From the NCBI RefSeq assembly GCF_013149785.1, contig NZ_JABEZU010000003.1, forward strand, positions 124,001 to 188,000: 64,000 nucleotides of DNA, given 5' to 3'. The notes below the pieces were generated by a model. That model ran no database searches. It saw only the letters and a list, made by a program, of their open reading frames with translations, and was not told the origin of the DNA. Origin of the DNA: Isoptericola halotolerans (GTDB lineage: Bacteria > Actinomycetota > Actinomycetes > Actinomycetales > Cellulomonadaceae). The position numbers and the translations under genes were made by a program. Shown here one piece after another: positions 19,383-29,713 of the stretch (its first letter is position 1; each line of letters opens with the position of its first letter).

Positions 19383-20164
19383 GCGCGCGGCCGCGTCGCG
19401 GCCGGGCGGCACGGTGCGCAGCGGCCGTCGTCGGCTCCGGTCTGACGGGTGCGGTGGCGCTGGCCGTGGCGGGCCCGGCGGGAGCGGTCCTCCCGGCACA
19501 GGCCGCCGTCGCCGTCGCCGACGAGCGGCCCGCGGTCGCCCTGAGCGTGGACGGTCAGCAGTGGTCCCGCAGCCTCGGTGTGCCACTGCTCGACGCCGAG
19601 CGGGTGTGGGTGCCGGGCGACGTCGAGCGGGCGTCGTTGCTCGTACGCAACGACGGGCCGAGCCGGGCGCGCGGGAACGTCTCCGTCACGCTCGACGGTG
19701 ACCCCGAGCTCGTGCAGGCCCTCGAGGTCCGGTTGCGGACCGACGGTGGGCGCCGGCACGACGGCGGGTCCGCGCCGCTCGCCCTGGGCCGCGGTGCGGT
19801 GCAGCCCATCGAGCTGGAGGTGGCCTTCGACCCCGACAGCGGGAACGCGACGCAGGGGACGACGGCGCACCTGGGCGTCTCCGTCGTCCTGGAGGGGGAC
19901 CCGGTCGTCGACGACGAGGAGCCGCCGCCCGGGGACGAAGCGCCCGACGGAGCGGCCGGCGGGGCAGACCCCGGCGGGGTGTCCGGTCGAGAGGCGAGCG
20001 GCAGCTCGCCCGATGCCGGCCCCCCGGACGCTGTCACGTCGCGCGGGCCGCTGCCGCGCACTGGTGGCGACACCGCCCGGCTGCTCGCGCTCGCCGTGGC
20101 AGCGCTCGTCGGCGGGGCGGTGCTGCGATCGATCCGCAGGGACCGGGGAGGCGCCCGTGCGTGA
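19379..20164 (+). CDS. Exported TasA-like protein with LPRTG sortase anchor
   Basis: Signal peptide, 'WVPGD...L.VRNDG' core, Pro/Gly linker, LPRTG + TM + RRDR. GTGA overlap with sipW. Confidence 0.75.
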   Translation: MSARPRRGRAARCAAAVVGSGLTGAVALAVAGPAGAVLPAQAAVAVADERPAVALSVDGQQWSRSLGVPLLDAERVWVPGDVERASLLVRNDGPSRARGNVSVTLDGDPELVQALEVRLRTDGGRRHDGGSAPLALGRGAVQPIELEVAFDPDSGNATQGTTAHLGVSVVLEGDPVVDDEEPPPGDEAPDGAAGGADPGGVSGREASGSSPDAGPPDAVTSRGPLPRTGGDTARLLALAVAALVGGAVLRSIRRDRGGARA

Positions 20165-21017
20165 CCCGCGCAGGAGGGCTCCCGGCGTCGTCCTCGCCGT
20201 GCTGCTCGCGCTCGTCCTGATCGGCTCGGCCGGACCGGCCTGGGCGTGGTGGGTGGTGGACGCACAGACGGACGCGCCGGACCCGGTCGCCGCGGGGACG
20301 GTCGACGTGCAGGTCGCCGGCCTGGGCAACGAGCTCGTCGGTCCCGGTGGCACGGTGGCGTTCCCGGCGCTGAGCCTGACCGGCGCGTTCCCCGGCAGCG
20401 GGGACTCGGAGATCGTCACCGTCCGCAACGCGAGCAGCCGGTCCGTGACCGTCACCGCGACGATGACCCGGACGGGCAGCCTCACCACGGCCTTCACGAC
20501 CCTGGCGACGTTCGGCGGGACCGACACCGGGCCCTCGTGCAGCGGTGGCTCCGGGGCGACCACCACGATCGCGGCCGGCGGGACCGCGTCGCTGTGCCTG
20601 GCGGTCGGGCTGTCCGCGACCGCACCGACGGCGACGCAGGGGCAGTCGGGCGGGGTGACGACCACCCTGACGGCCACGCTGCCGGGGACGTCCTGGACCG
20701 ACCAGGGCACGATCACGAGCGGGGCGGTGAGCGCGGGGGTCGTTGCCGCGCCGGTCCTGAGCTGCGGACCGCTGGGTGTGCTCTCGGTGACGTTCAACTG
20801 GACAGCGGTGACCGGGGCGACGTCGTACCTCGTCAACTTCGGGGCAGGCGGCTCGCAGACCGCCACCCAGACCGGGACGAGCCGGACGATCGTCACGGCG
20901 ATCAACGGCGGTACCGCCTGGGTGCGGGCGCAGCGCAACTTCGGCCAGACGACGTGGACCTCCGTGCCGTCCAACACGCGCAGCTACACGGTCGCCGTGG
21001 TGTCGCTGTGCGGCTGA
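20157..21017 (+). CDS. SipW-type exported protein: TasA-like domain plus C-terminal Ig/FN3-like domain
   Basis: 'AWAWW...AGTVDV...FPGSG...VTVRN' then 'APVLSC...VTFNWTAVTGATSY...WVRAQ..WTS'. Confidence 0.75.
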   Translation: MRDPRRRAPGVVLAVLLALVLIGSAGPAWAWWVVDAQTDAPDPVAAGTVDVQVAGLGNELVGPGGTVAFPALSLTGAFPGSGDSEIVTVRNASSRSVTVTATMTRTGSLTTAFTTLATFGGTDTGPSCSGGSGATTTIAAGGTASLCLAVGLSATAPTATQGQSGGVTTTLTATLPGTSWTDQGTITSGAVSAGVVAAPVLSCGPLGVLSVTFNWTAVTGATSYLVNFGAGGSQTATQTGTSRTIVTAINGGTAWVRAQRNFGQTTWTSVPSNTRSYTVAVVSLCG

Positions 21018-21056
21018 CGGCGTCCGGGAGCTGAGCGGGCCGGCCTCCTTCCGGGG

Positions 21057-22025
21057 CTACTGCTCGATCGGGCCGGACGGCGTCAGCACCGGACCCGAGC
21101 GCCGGGTGCGCAGCCACACCACCACCGCCGCACCCACGAACACGAGGCTGTTCAAGATCACCAGGCTGAGGCTCACGGGCGCGGAACGGTCGAGCCGTTC
21201 GGCGAGATCGGCGTTCAGCGCGATCCAGAAGACGAACGTGAGCGTGTTCACGACGGCGTGCAGCACGATCGCGATCTCGAGCCCGCCGGTGCGCCAGGTG
21301 ATGAACGCCGCGGTCACGGAGAAGATGACGTAGAACGCGTTCCACATCGGGTTCCCCGTGGTGTGGATCACGGAGAAGATCAGGGAGGACACGCCGATCC
21401 CCAGGATCAGCGACGTCGTCCGACCGCGCCCCCAGCTCGCCGCGATGCGGAAGACGAGCCCGCGCAGGCCGTACTCCTCTCCCGCGGCCTGCAGCGGCAG
21501 CAGCACGAGGCTCACGACGAGCAGCCAGATCACGTCGCTCTGCAGCCACTCGGTGGTCCGGTAGGGCGTCATGTGCTCCGCGACGGCCAAGGTGATCAGC
21601 AGTGCGGGGCCGATCGCCAGCAGCGCTCTCCCGAACAGGCCGAAGCGGAAGCGAGAGACCACCGAGGTCAGCGATGCGCCAGGCACTCCGTAGAGCCAGC
21701 GCTGGAGGACCATGCTCCAGGGCACGAGCAGCGCGGTGGCGATCAGGCTGGCGCTGTGCGCCACCGGGGTGAGGACCCGACCCTCGTCGCCCGGCGCGCC
21801 CGGCGAGAGCAGCCCGTCGACCCAGCTACCGAGGTAGTAGAAGACGAGGATGAAGGCGAACATGCCGCCGATGAGAAGTGTGATGGCCAGGAGGCCGCGA
21901 CCGATGCGACGCTCGTCTCCCGCCAGGACCCGGTGGTACTCCACCCCGGGCGGAACTGATGCTGGTGGAACTGGTGCCCGGTCAGGCCCGCTGGCCAGGG
22001 CCTTCTGGTCTCCGTGGGAACGCAC
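21057..22025 (-). CDS. CPBP/CAAX family intramembrane glutamic endopeptidase
   Basis: QAAGEEYGLRG, FSVIH and HAVVN motifs; multiple TMs. Confidence 0.88.
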   Translation of the reverse strand: MRSHGDQKALASGPDRAPVPPASVPPGVEYHRVLAGDERRIGRGLLAITLLIGGMFAFILVFYYLGSWVDGLLSPGAPGDEGRVLTPVAHSASLIATALLVPWSMVLQRWLYGVPGASLTSVVSRFRFGLFGRALLAIGPALLITLAVAEHMTPYRTTEWLQSDVIWLLVVSLVLLPLQAAGEEYGLRGLVFRIAASWGRGRTTSLILGIGVSSLIFSVIHTTGNPMWNAFYVIFSVTAAFITWRTGGLEIAIVLHAVVNTLTFVFWIALNADLAERLDRSAPVSLSLVILNSLVFVGAAVVVWLRTRRSGPVLTPSGPIEQ

Positions 22026-22214
22026 GCTGTCTCGTCCTCTTCTGCCGTGATCGGGTGATGGGTGCTTGCCTGAGCAAGTCCAGACCCTGACGTCGCGTCC
22101 GGCTCAAGCCTCGGGGCTGTGAGGTGGCGCACACCCTCCGCACGAGCTCCGGGTCGTTCCGGCTGTCCGACCGCGCGGCGTCCGGCCCCGCGGCCGGTCG
22201 TAGGATGGACGGTT

Positions 22215-22841
22215 GTGAGTACTCCGACCATCGGCGTCCTGGCCCTGCAGGGCGACGTCCGTGAGCACCTGACCGCCCTCGCCTCCGTGGGCGCCCGCGC
22301 CGTGACCGTGCGGCGACCGGACGAGCTGGCCCTCGTCGACGGGCTCGTGCTCCCCGGCGGGGAGTCGACGACCATCGACAAGCTGCTGCGCATCTTCGAG
22401 CTGCGGGACCCGCTGCGGGCCCGGATCAAGGAAAGTCTTCCGGTGTACGGCTCGTGCGCCGGGATGATCCTGCTCGCGGACCGGATCCTCGACGGCACGG
22501 CCGACCAGCAGACCATCGGCGGGATGGACGTCGTCGTGCGGCGCAACGCGTTCGGCCGGCAGGTCGACTCGTTCGAGACCGACCTCGACGTCGTGGGAGT
22601 CTCCGACGGGGGTGCGGTGCGCACCGCGTTCATCCGCGCTCCCTGGATCGAGGAGGCCGGGCGCGACGTCGAGGTGCTGTCGCGGATCCCGGCCGTGGAT
22701 ACCCAGGGCCGTGCCGTGGCGGCCGCCGGTAGAATCGTCGCAGCACGGCAGGGTCCGCTGCTCGCCACCGCGTTCCACCCGGAGATCACGGGGGACACGC
22801 GCGTGCACCGGCTGTTCGTCAGCATGGTCGCGGGCGGCTGA
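22215..22841 (+). CDS. pdxT: PLP synthase glutaminase subunit
   Basis: GVLALQG, PGGEST, GSCAGMI and FHPE motifs. TAGGAT upstream of the GTG. Confidence 0.96.
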   Translation: MSTPTIGVLALQGDVREHLTALASVGARAVTVRRPDELALVDGLVLPGGESTTIDKLLRIFELRDPLRARIKESLPVYGSCAGMILLADRILDGTADQQTIGGMDVVVRRNAFGRQVDSFETDLDVVGVSDGGAVRTAFIRAPWIEEAGRDVEVLSRIPAVDTQGRAVAAAGRIVAARQGPLLATAFHPEITGDTRVHRLFVSMVAGG

Positions 22842-22909
22842 GCAGGTTCCCCGCTACCGTTCGACGCCAGTGAAAGTGCCATCGGGAACGTAGGGAGTCA
22901 GGGAGAGGC

Positions 22910-23671
22910 ATGTCAGGTCACTCGAAGTGGGCCACGACCAAGCACAAGAAGGCCGCGATCGACGCCAAGCGGGGCAAGCTCTTCGCGAAGCTGATCAAGA
23001 ACATCGAGGTCGCTGCGCGCACGGGTGGTGGCGACCTGGCGGGCAACCCGACGCTGTTCGACGCCGTCCAGAAGGCGAAGAAGTCCTCGGTCCCGAACGA
23101 CAACATCGACCGCGCGGTCAAGCGCGGGTCCGGCGAGGGCGCCGACGCCGTCGACTACCAGACGATCATGTACGAGGGCTACGGCACCAACGGCATCGCG
23201 GTGCTCGTCGAGTGCCTCACCGACAACAAGAACCGCGCCGCCGCCGAGGTGCGGACCGCCTTCTCCCGCAACGGCGGCAACCTCGCCGACCCGGGCTCGG
23301 TGTCGTACCTCTTCTCCCGCAAGGGCCTCGTCGTCGTGCCCAAGGCCGACGGCGTCACCGAGGACGACGTCATGCTCGCGGCGCTCGACGCCGGCGCGGA
23401 GGAGGTCACGGACCAGGGCGACTACATCGAGGTGCTCTCCGAGGCGACCGACCTGGTGGCCGTCCGGTCCGCCATCGTCGACGCCGGGCTCGAGTACGAC
23501 TCCGCGGACTCGGTCTGGCACCCGTCGATGCAGGTCGAGGTGGACGTCGAGGGCGCTCGCAAGATCATGCGCCTCATCGACGCCCTCGAGGACAGCGACG
23601 ACGTGCAGAACGTCTACGCGAACTTCGACGCCTCCGACGAGGTCATGGCGGCCCTCGACTCGGAGGACTGA
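22910..23671 (+). CDS. yebC: YebC/PmpR family protein
   Basis: [19 protein letters not shown] and DDVQNVY motifs. Confidence 0.96.
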   Translation: MSGHSKWATTKHKKAAIDAKRGKLFAKLIKNIEVAARTGGGDLAGNPTLFDAVQKAKKSSVPNDNIDRAVKRGSGEGADAVDYQTIMYEGYGTNGIAVLVECLTDNKNRAAAEVRTAFSRNGGNLADPGSVSYLFSRKGLVVVPKADGVTEDDVMLAALDAGAEEVTDQGDYIEVLSEATDLVAVRSAIVDAGLEYDSADSVWHPSMQVEVDVEGARKIMRLIDALEDSDDVQNVYANFDASDEVMAALDSED

Positions 23672-23741
23672 GGACCGACACGGAGCACGCCGCCCGGCCA
23701 CGCTCCTCGGAACTGTCGGTGCTGCGTGAGACAGTGACGCC

Positions 23742-24341
23742 GTGCGAGTGCTGGGAGTGGACCCGGGTCTGACCCGGTGCGGTGTCGGGGTCGTGGACTC
23801 CCGGCCCGGGCGGCGTGCGGACCTCGTCGGTGTCGGGGTGCTGCGCTCGGCGCCGGAGACGAGCACCGACCTGCGGCTCCTCGAGATCGCGGACGGCCTG
23901 GACGGCTGGTTGGACGAGCACACGCCGGACGTCGTCGCCGTCGAACGGGTCTTTGCGCAGAGCAACCGGGGCACGGTGATGGAGACGGCCCAGGTGGCCG
24001 GTCTGGCCATGGTCGCCGCCGCCCGGCGCGGCGTGCCGGTCGCGCTGCACACGCCCAGCGAGGTCAAGGCCGCCGTCACGGGATCCGGCCGCGCCGGCAA
24101 GGAGCAGGTGCAGCGCATGGTCGTGAGCATCCTGAGCCTGCGGGCGGCGCCGCAGCCGGCCGACGCCGCGGACGCGCTGGCGCTCGCGATCACGCACCTG
24201 TGGCGCCCCGCCGGCGCGCTCCAGGGCGGTGACCGGCACGAGGCGACGGCGGCGCAACGCGCGTGGGCGGCGGCGGAACGCCGCTCCAGGGCCCCGGCAC
24301 GGTATCGTACGAGTGTTCGAGGGAAGGAGGGTGCCCGGTGA
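23742..24341 (+). CDS. ruvC: Holliday junction resolvase RuvC
   Basis: VLGVDPG, AVERVF and DAADALA motifs. Confidence 0.96.
   Translation: MRVLGVDPGLTRCGVGVVDSRPGRRADLVGVGVLRSAPETSTDLRLLEIADGLDGWLDEHTPDVVAVERVFAQSNRGTVMETAQVAGLAMVAAARRGVPVALHTPSEVKAAVTGSGRAGKEQVQRMVVSILSLRAAPQPADAADALALAITHLWRPAGALQGGDRHEATAAQRAWAAAERRSRAPARYRTSVRGKEGAR
24305..24320. promoter_or_regulatory. LexA (SOS) box inside the ruvC 3' end, upstream of ruvA
   Basis: TCGTAC-GAGT-GTTCGA, one mismatch to TCGAAC-N4-GTTCGA. Confidence 0.7.
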
Positions 24342-24946
24342 TCGCTTCGCTGGCAGGCACCGTCGCGCAGGTGTCGCTGGACCGTGCCGTGCTCGACGTC
24401 CAGGGCGTGGGATACCTGGTCCACGCGACGCCCGCGACCCTCGCCGGGCTCCGTCCCGGGGAGCCTGCCCGGCTCCAGACCACTCTCGTGGTCCGCGAGG
24501 AGTCGATGACCCTCTACGGCTTCGCCGATGCCGACGAGCGTGAGGTCTTCGAGACGGCGCAGTCCGTCTCGGGTGTCGGCCCTCGCATCGCCCTGGCGAT
24601 GCTGGCCGTCCTGACCCCGGACGCGCTGCGGCGGGCGATCGCCGCCGAGGACACGGCGACCCTGCGTCGGGTACCGGGCATCGGGGCCAAGAGCGCCCAG
24701 CGGATCGTGCTGGAGCTGACGGGCAAGCTCGGGGCTCCGGGCGACGACGGCGCGTTGCGCGTCGTCGCGCCGGCGGACGCCCGCGCTCAGGTCGTGGAGG
24801 CGCTGACCGGTCTCGGCTGGTCGTCCAAGGTGGCGGAGGACGCCGTGGCCAAGGTCCTCGCGGACGAGGGCGCCGACGTCGTCGACGAGGCGCAGGTCCC
24901 GGGCACCCTGCGGGCCGCGCTGCGACGGCTGGGTCCCCGTGGCTGA
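24338..24946 (+). CDS. ruvA: Holliday junction branch migration protein RuvA
   Basis: MIASLAG, LYGF, HhH motifs VSGVGPR and [19 protein letters not shown]. Confidence 0.96.
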   Translation: MIASLAGTVAQVSLDRAVLDVQGVGYLVHATPATLAGLRPGEPARLQTTLVVREESMTLYGFADADEREVFETAQSVSGVGPRIALAMLAVLTPDALRRAIAAEDTATLRRVPGIGAKSAQRIVLELTGKLGAPGDDGALRVVAPADARAQVVEALTGLGWSSKVAEDAVAKVLADEGADVVDEAQVPGTLRAALRRLGPRG

Positions 24947-26042
24947 CGGCGAGATCGACCCCGGCTCGCTCGGCGAACGCCTGGTCGGGTCCGGCGCGGA
25001 CGAGGTCGAGCGAGCCGCCGAGGCCGCGCTCCGGCCGAAGACTCTCGACGAGTTCGTCGGCCAGCGGGTCGTGCGCGACCAGCTCTCGCTCGTGCTGCAG
25101 GCCTCTCTCGCCCGCGACACCGCGCCGGACCACGTCCTGCTCTCCGGACCGCCCGGGCTCGGCAAGACGACCCTGGCGATGATCATCGCCGCGGAGCTCG
25201 GGACGTCCCTGCGCGTGACGAGCGGACCGGCGATCCAGCACGCGGGTGACCTCGCCGCGGTCCTGTCCTCGCTGGAGGAGGGCGAGGTCCTCTTCATCGA
25301 CGAGATCCACCGCCTCGCCCGGCCCGCCGAGGAGCTGCTCTACGTCGCGATGGAGGACTTCCGGGTCGACGTCGTCGTCGGCAAGGGTGCGGGGGCCAGC
25401 GCGATCCCCTTGGCGCTGCCGCCGTTCACCGTGGTGGGCGCGACCACCCGGTCCGGGCTGCTGCCGGCACCTCTGCGCGACCGGTTCGGGTTCACCGGGC
25501 ACCTCGACTTCTACGGCGCCGGTGAGCTCGAGAAGGTCATCCTGCGCTCGTCCCGGCTGCTCGGCGTCGACATCCGCCACGAGGCGGCGCACGAGATCGC
25601 CGGCCGGTCCCGGGGGACTCCTCGGATCGCTAACCGTCTGCTGCGACGGGTGCGCGACTGGGCCCAGGTGCGCGGCGACGGGGTGCTCGACCTGCGCGCG
25701 GCGCGGGCGGCGCTCGAGGTCTACGAGGTCGATCCCATCGGTCTGGACCGGCTCGACCGTGCGGTCCTCGATGCGTTGTGCCGGCGGTTCGGCGGCGGGC
25801 CGGTCGGACTGACGACGATGGCGATGACGGTCGGTGAGGAGCCCGAGACGGTCGAGACGGTCGCCGAGCCCTACCTGGTGCGCGAGGGTCTCGTGGCCCG
25901 CACGCCGCGCGGTCGGGTCGCGACGGCCGAGGCGTGGCACCACCTCGGGCTGGAGCCGCCCCCGGGCACGTGGGCCTCCGGGAGCGGGACGGTGGAACCG
26001 GGAACCACCGGGCGGTCGCGGACGTTGTTCGACGAGGTCTGA
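24939..26042 (+). CDS. ruvB: Holliday junction helicase RuvB
   Basis: [16 protein letters not shown] and SRGTPR motifs. Confidence 0.98.
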   Translation: MADGEIDPGSLGERLVGSGADEVERAAEAALRPKTLDEFVGQRVVRDQLSLVLQASLARDTAPDHVLLSGPPGLGKTTLAMIIAAELGTSLRVTSGPAIQHAGDLAAVLSSLEEGEVLFIDEIHRLARPAEELLYVAMEDFRVDVVVGKGAGASAIPLALPPFTVVGATTRSGLLPAPLRDRFGFTGHLDFYGAGELEKVILRSSRLLGVDIRHEAAHEIAGRSRGTPRIANRLLRRVRDWAQVRGDGVLDLRAARAALEVYEVDPIGLDRLDRAVLDALCRRFGGGPVGLTTMAMTVGEEPETVETVAEPYLVREGLVARTPRGRVATAEAWHHLGLEPPPGTWASGSGTVEPGTTGRSRTLFDEV

Positions 26043-26104
26043 GGCCGTTGCGGCGACCTCTAGACTGAGCAGACACCCGCACCCGGCCGAAGGACTGACG
26101 CTAC

Positions 26105-26542
26105 GTGGACCCCTCGATCATCATCCTCTTCGTCGTGCTGGCGGCGCTCATGTTCTTCATGAGCTCGCGCACGCGCAAGCAGCAGAAGCAGCAGGCGGAG
26201 TTCCGCTCTGCGCTCGCACCGGGTCAGGAGGTCATGACCGGGTCCGGGATGGTGGGCACGATCGTCGAGATCGACGACGAGTCCGACACCATCACGATCG
26301 AGTCCACCCCGGGCACGCAGACGCGCTGGCTGCGGGCCGCGATCGCCAAGCGGACGGACACCTCCGGGCCGGTCGACGAGGCGGAGGAGCCGGCCGAGGC
26401 CGAGGCGACCGACGATGCGGGTAGCATCGCCCCCGCAGACGGTAACGTCGACGTTCCTGACGACCTCTCCGGGCTGGACACCGCGCAGCGGGAGTACAAG
26501 GAGAGCAAGCGCCGGGAGAACGGCGAGACCGAGGACAAGTGA
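26105..26542 (+). CDS. yajC: Preprotein translocase subunit YajC
   Basis: N-terminal TM and LAPGQEVMTGSG motif; lies before secD. Confidence 0.9.
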   Translation: MDPSIIILFVVLAALMFFMSSRTRKQQKQQAEFRSALAPGQEVMTGSGMVGTIVEIDDESDTITIESTPGTQTRWLRAAIAKRTDTSGPVDEAEEPAEAEATDDAGSIAPADGNVDVPDDLSGLDTAQREYKESKRRENGETEDK

Positions 26543-26623
26543 CCTCCGCGCCGGCCGGGTCCGCCCGGTCGGCGCCATCACGCGTCGGCCACGGCGGCCG
26601 CGCGCACACGGGAAGAGAACCAA

Positions 26624-28603
26624 GTGGCCAACTCCAGCACGAAGCGATCGCGTCCGGTACGCACGCTCGTGGTCTTCGCGATCCTGTCCATGGTGGTGCC
26701 GTTCGCGGCGTTGCTCGCCGGGATCTACTTCGATCCGAAGTCGGACGACAACCCTGACGGTGCGACCCCGACGCCGGGGCTCGCCCTCGACCTGCAGGGT
26801 GGCACCCAGATCATCCTGACGCCGATCTCCACCGACGGCTCGGAGATCACCGAGGAGGCGATCGACGAGTCGATCAACGTCATCCGGCAGCGCATCGACT
26901 CCTCGGGTGTCGCCGAGGCCGAGATCGCCAACCAGGGTGGCGGCAACATCGTGGTCGGCATCCCGGGCGAGGTGGACCAGGCGACGATCGACCTGGTCTC
27001 GCAGCCCGCGCAGATGCGGTTCCGCCCGGTGCTCACGTACACGATGGGCCTGCCCGCCGACGAAGCCGCAGAGGACGAGCCCGCGACGGAGGACGGCGCT
27101 GACGACGGGGCCGAGGATGCCGCTGACGACGGGGCCCAGGACGGCGCTGACGACGGGGCCGAGGAAGGCTCCGACGAGGCGGCCGAGGAGGGCTCCGCCG
27201 CCGACGTCGACGCACGCATCGCGGAGGAGGCCACCGAGGTCGACCCCACCGACCTCTCCGACCTGGCGCAGATCACGCCGGCCGTGCAGGAGAAGTTCGA
27301 CGCGCTGGACTGCACCGACCCGGAGAACCTGATCGGCGGCGGCGGTGACGACCCGGACCTGGTGCTGGTCACCTGCGCCAACGACGGCAGCTTCATGAAG
27401 TACATCCTGGGACCGATGGAGGTCGACGGGACGCACGTGACGACGGCCAGCTCCGGCCTGGTGCCGGGGCCGAACGGCTCGGTCACCAACGAGTGGGGCG
27501 TCTTCATGGAGATGGACGCCGAGGGCACGGCCGACTTCCGCGACACCACGCAGCGCCTGCAGGGCCTCGAGGAGCCCCGCAACCAGTTCGGCATCGTCCT
27601 CGACGGGCTGGTCATCTCCGCACCGTCGCTGGCGCCTGGCGTGATCATCTCCGACGGCCGCCCGCAGATCTCCGGCAACTTCACCCGGGACTCGGCGGCC
27701 ACGTTGGCCAACCAGCTGAGCTTCGGGTCCTTGCCGATCGCCTACGAGGTCCAGAGCCAGGAGACCATCTCGGCGACCCTCGGCTCGGAGCAGCTGCGCA
27801 ACGGCCTGATCGCGGGTCTCGTCGGCATGGTGCTCGTCGTCGTCTACTCGATGTTCCAGTACCGGGCGCTGGGCCTGCTGACCGTGGTCTCGCTGCTGGT
27901 CGCAGGCGCTATCACCTTCGTGGCGATCGACCTGCTGTCGTGGACCATGGGCTACCGGCTGTCGCTCGCGGGTGTGGCCGGCCTGATCGTGGCGATCGGC
28001 TTCGTGGTGGACTCGTTCGTCGTCTACTTCGAACGCGTCCGTGACGAGCTGCGGGACGGACGCTCCTTGGCGATGGCTGTCGAACGCGGCTGGAAGCGGG
28101 CCCGGCGTACCGTGCTGGCCGCCAAGACGGTGAACCTCATGTCGGCGGTGATCCTGTACTTCATCTCCGTGGGAGGGGTCCAGGGCTTCGCCTTCACACT
28201 GGGTCTGACGACCCTGGTCGACATCCTGGTCGTGTTCTGCTTCACGCACCCGATGATGCAGGTGATGACCAAGATTCCGTTCTTCCGGGACGGGCACCCC
28301 CTGTCCGGCCTGTCCCCGGACCGGCTCCGGGGCAGCAAGGGTCCCCGGTACGTGGGGGCCGGGCGCTTCTCCGCGCCGGCGGGTGCGCCCTCCACCAGCT
28401 CGCCGGACGACCCGCAGGAACGGCAGCCGGTCCTGGCCGGTAGCGGTGCGAAGGGTGCGGCGGCCGCTGCGGGCGGTCGGATGACGATCGCCGAGCGCCG
28501 GGCCGCGGCTCGCCGCGCCGAGCGCGACGGGATCGGCGACGACCCCGGTGTCACGGGCGAGGACGCCCCCACTGATTCCGGCACGAACGAGGAGAACCGC
28601 TGA
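26624..28603 (+). CDS. secD: Protein translocase subunit SecD
   Basis: LALDLQGG, VDSFVVYFERVRDE and VQGFAFTL motifs. Confidence 0.97.
   Translation: MANSSTKRSRPVRTLVVFAILSMVVPFAALLAGIYFDPKSDDNPDGATPTPGLALDLQGGTQIILTPISTDGSEITEEAIDESINVIRQRIDSSGVAEAEIANQGGGNIVVGIPGEVDQATIDLVSQPAQMRFRPVLTYTMGLPADEAAEDEPATEDGADDGAEDAADDGAQDGADDGAEEGSDEAAEEGSAADVDARIAEEATEVDPTDLSDLAQITPAVQEKFDALDCTDPENLIGGGGDDPDLVLVTCANDGSFMKYILGPMEVDGTHVTTASSGLVPGPNGSVTNEWGVFMEMDAEGTADFRDTTQRLQGLEEPRNQFGIVLDGLVISAPSLAPGVIISDGRPQISGNFTRDSAATLANQLSFGSLPIAYEVQSQETISATLGSEQLRNGLIAGLVGMVLVVVYSMFQYRALGLLTVVSLLVAGAITFVAIDLLSWTMGYRLSLAGVAGLIVAIGFVVDSFVVYFERVRDELRDGRSLAMAVERGWKRARRTVLAAKTVNLMSAVILYFISVGGVQGFAFTLGLTTLVDILVVFCFTHPMMQVMTKIPFFRDGHPLSGLSPDRLRGSKGPRYVGAGRFSAPAGAPSTSSPDDPQERQPVLAGSGAKGAAAAAGGRMTIAERRAAARRAERDGIGDDPGVTGEDAPTDSGTNEENR
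27089..27196 (+). repeat. In-frame 24-bp tandem repeat (about 4.5 copies) in secD, encoding an acidic linker
   Basis: GAGGACGGCGCTGACGACGGGGCC / GAGGATGCCGCT... / CAGGACGGCGCT... / GAGGAAGGCTCCGACGAGGCGGCC. Confidence 0.8.
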
Positions 28604-29703
28604 TGGCCGGCAAGCTCAACTTCGCCCGGTGGGGCAACGACCTGTACACGGGTCAGCGCTCGTACCCGATCGTCCAGAAGCGGCGCCTGTGGTTCTCGAT
28701 CGTCGCCGCCTTCGGCGTGGCCGCGATCCTCGTCCTCGGCATCAAGGGCCTCACGCTCGGGATCGACTTCCGGGGCGGCTCGCAGTTCACCGTCACCCAG
28801 GCCCAGACCACCGAGCAGTCGGTGGGCATCGAGGCGGTCCAGGAGATCCTCCCCGAGGAGGAGCCCCGGGTCGCGGTCCTGGGCGGGAGCGCCGTCCGTG
28901 TCCAGACCACCCTGGTCGAGGGTGCCGAGGAGCAGGCCGTCGTCGAGGCGTTGGCAGACGCCTACGGCGTCGACCCGCAGGCGGTCGATGCGTCGTTCGT
29001 CGGACCGACCTGGGGAGAGCGCGTCTCGGAGCGGGCCCTGTGGGCGACCATCGTCTTCGTGCTCGCCGCTGCGGTCTTCATGGCGATCTACTTCCGCGCC
29101 TGGCAGATGTCGGTCGCGGGTATCCTCGCGATGCTCTCCGACCTGCTGATCTCTGCGGGCGTCTACGCGCTGGTCGGCTGGGAGGTCACACCCTCGACCG
29201 TCATCGGCTTCCTGACGATCCTCGGCTTCTCGCTGTACGACAAGATGGTCGTCTTCGACAAGGTGCGGGAGAACACCGCCGGCGTCCTGGACCAGACGCG
29301 CAACACGTATGCCGAACGCGCCAACCTGGGTGTGAACCAGACGATGGTGCGCTCCATCAACACGTCCGTCCTGTCGCTGCTGCCCGTGGCGGGCATCCTG
29401 TTCATCGGCGCGCTGTGGTTGGGTGCGGGCACGCTGCGGGACCTGTCGCTGTCGCTCTTCGTGGGGATCCTGGTGGGGGCGACGTCCTCCATCTTCCTGG
29501 CGACGCCGCTCGACGTGGCCCTCCGGGAGCGGGACCCCAAGTACCGGGAGCACACGGAGCGCGTCCTGGCGCTGCGACAGGAGCTCGCCGCGTCGGGGGG
29601 CGAGGAGGCCGAGCTCGCCGCCGCTGCCGCCGGTCGCTCGCAGCTCATCCCGGGCCACCACCAGGGGAACGCTGCGCAGCCGAGGCGCAAGCGTGCACGG
29701 TGA
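28603..29703 (+). CDS. secF: Protein translocase subunit SecF
   Basis: GIDFRGG, GFSLYD.MVVFDKVRE and RSINTS motifs. Confidence 0.97.
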   Translation: MAGKLNFARWGNDLYTGQRSYPIVQKRRLWFSIVAAFGVAAILVLGIKGLTLGIDFRGGSQFTVTQAQTTEQSVGIEAVQEILPEEEPRVAVLGGSAVRVQTTLVEGAEEQAVVEALADAYGVDPQAVDASFVGPTWGERVSERALWATIVFVLAAAVFMAIYFRAWQMSVAGILAMLSDLLISAGVYALVGWEVTPSTVIGFLTILGFSLYDKMVVFDKVRENTAGVLDQTRNTYAERANLGVNQTMVRSINTSVLSLLPVAGILFIGALWLGAGTLRDLSLSLFVGILVGATSSIFLATPLDVALRERDPKYREHTERVLALRQELAASGGEEAELAAAAAGRSQLIPGHHQGNAAQPRRKRAR

Positions 29704-29713
29704 CACCACCGGC

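Noticed and set aside
21018..22185. 10-bp direct repeat CGGCGTCCGG flanking the CPBP gene as a possible target-site duplication
   Set aside because: A short GC-rich word expected by chance; no transposase or terminal inverted repeats.
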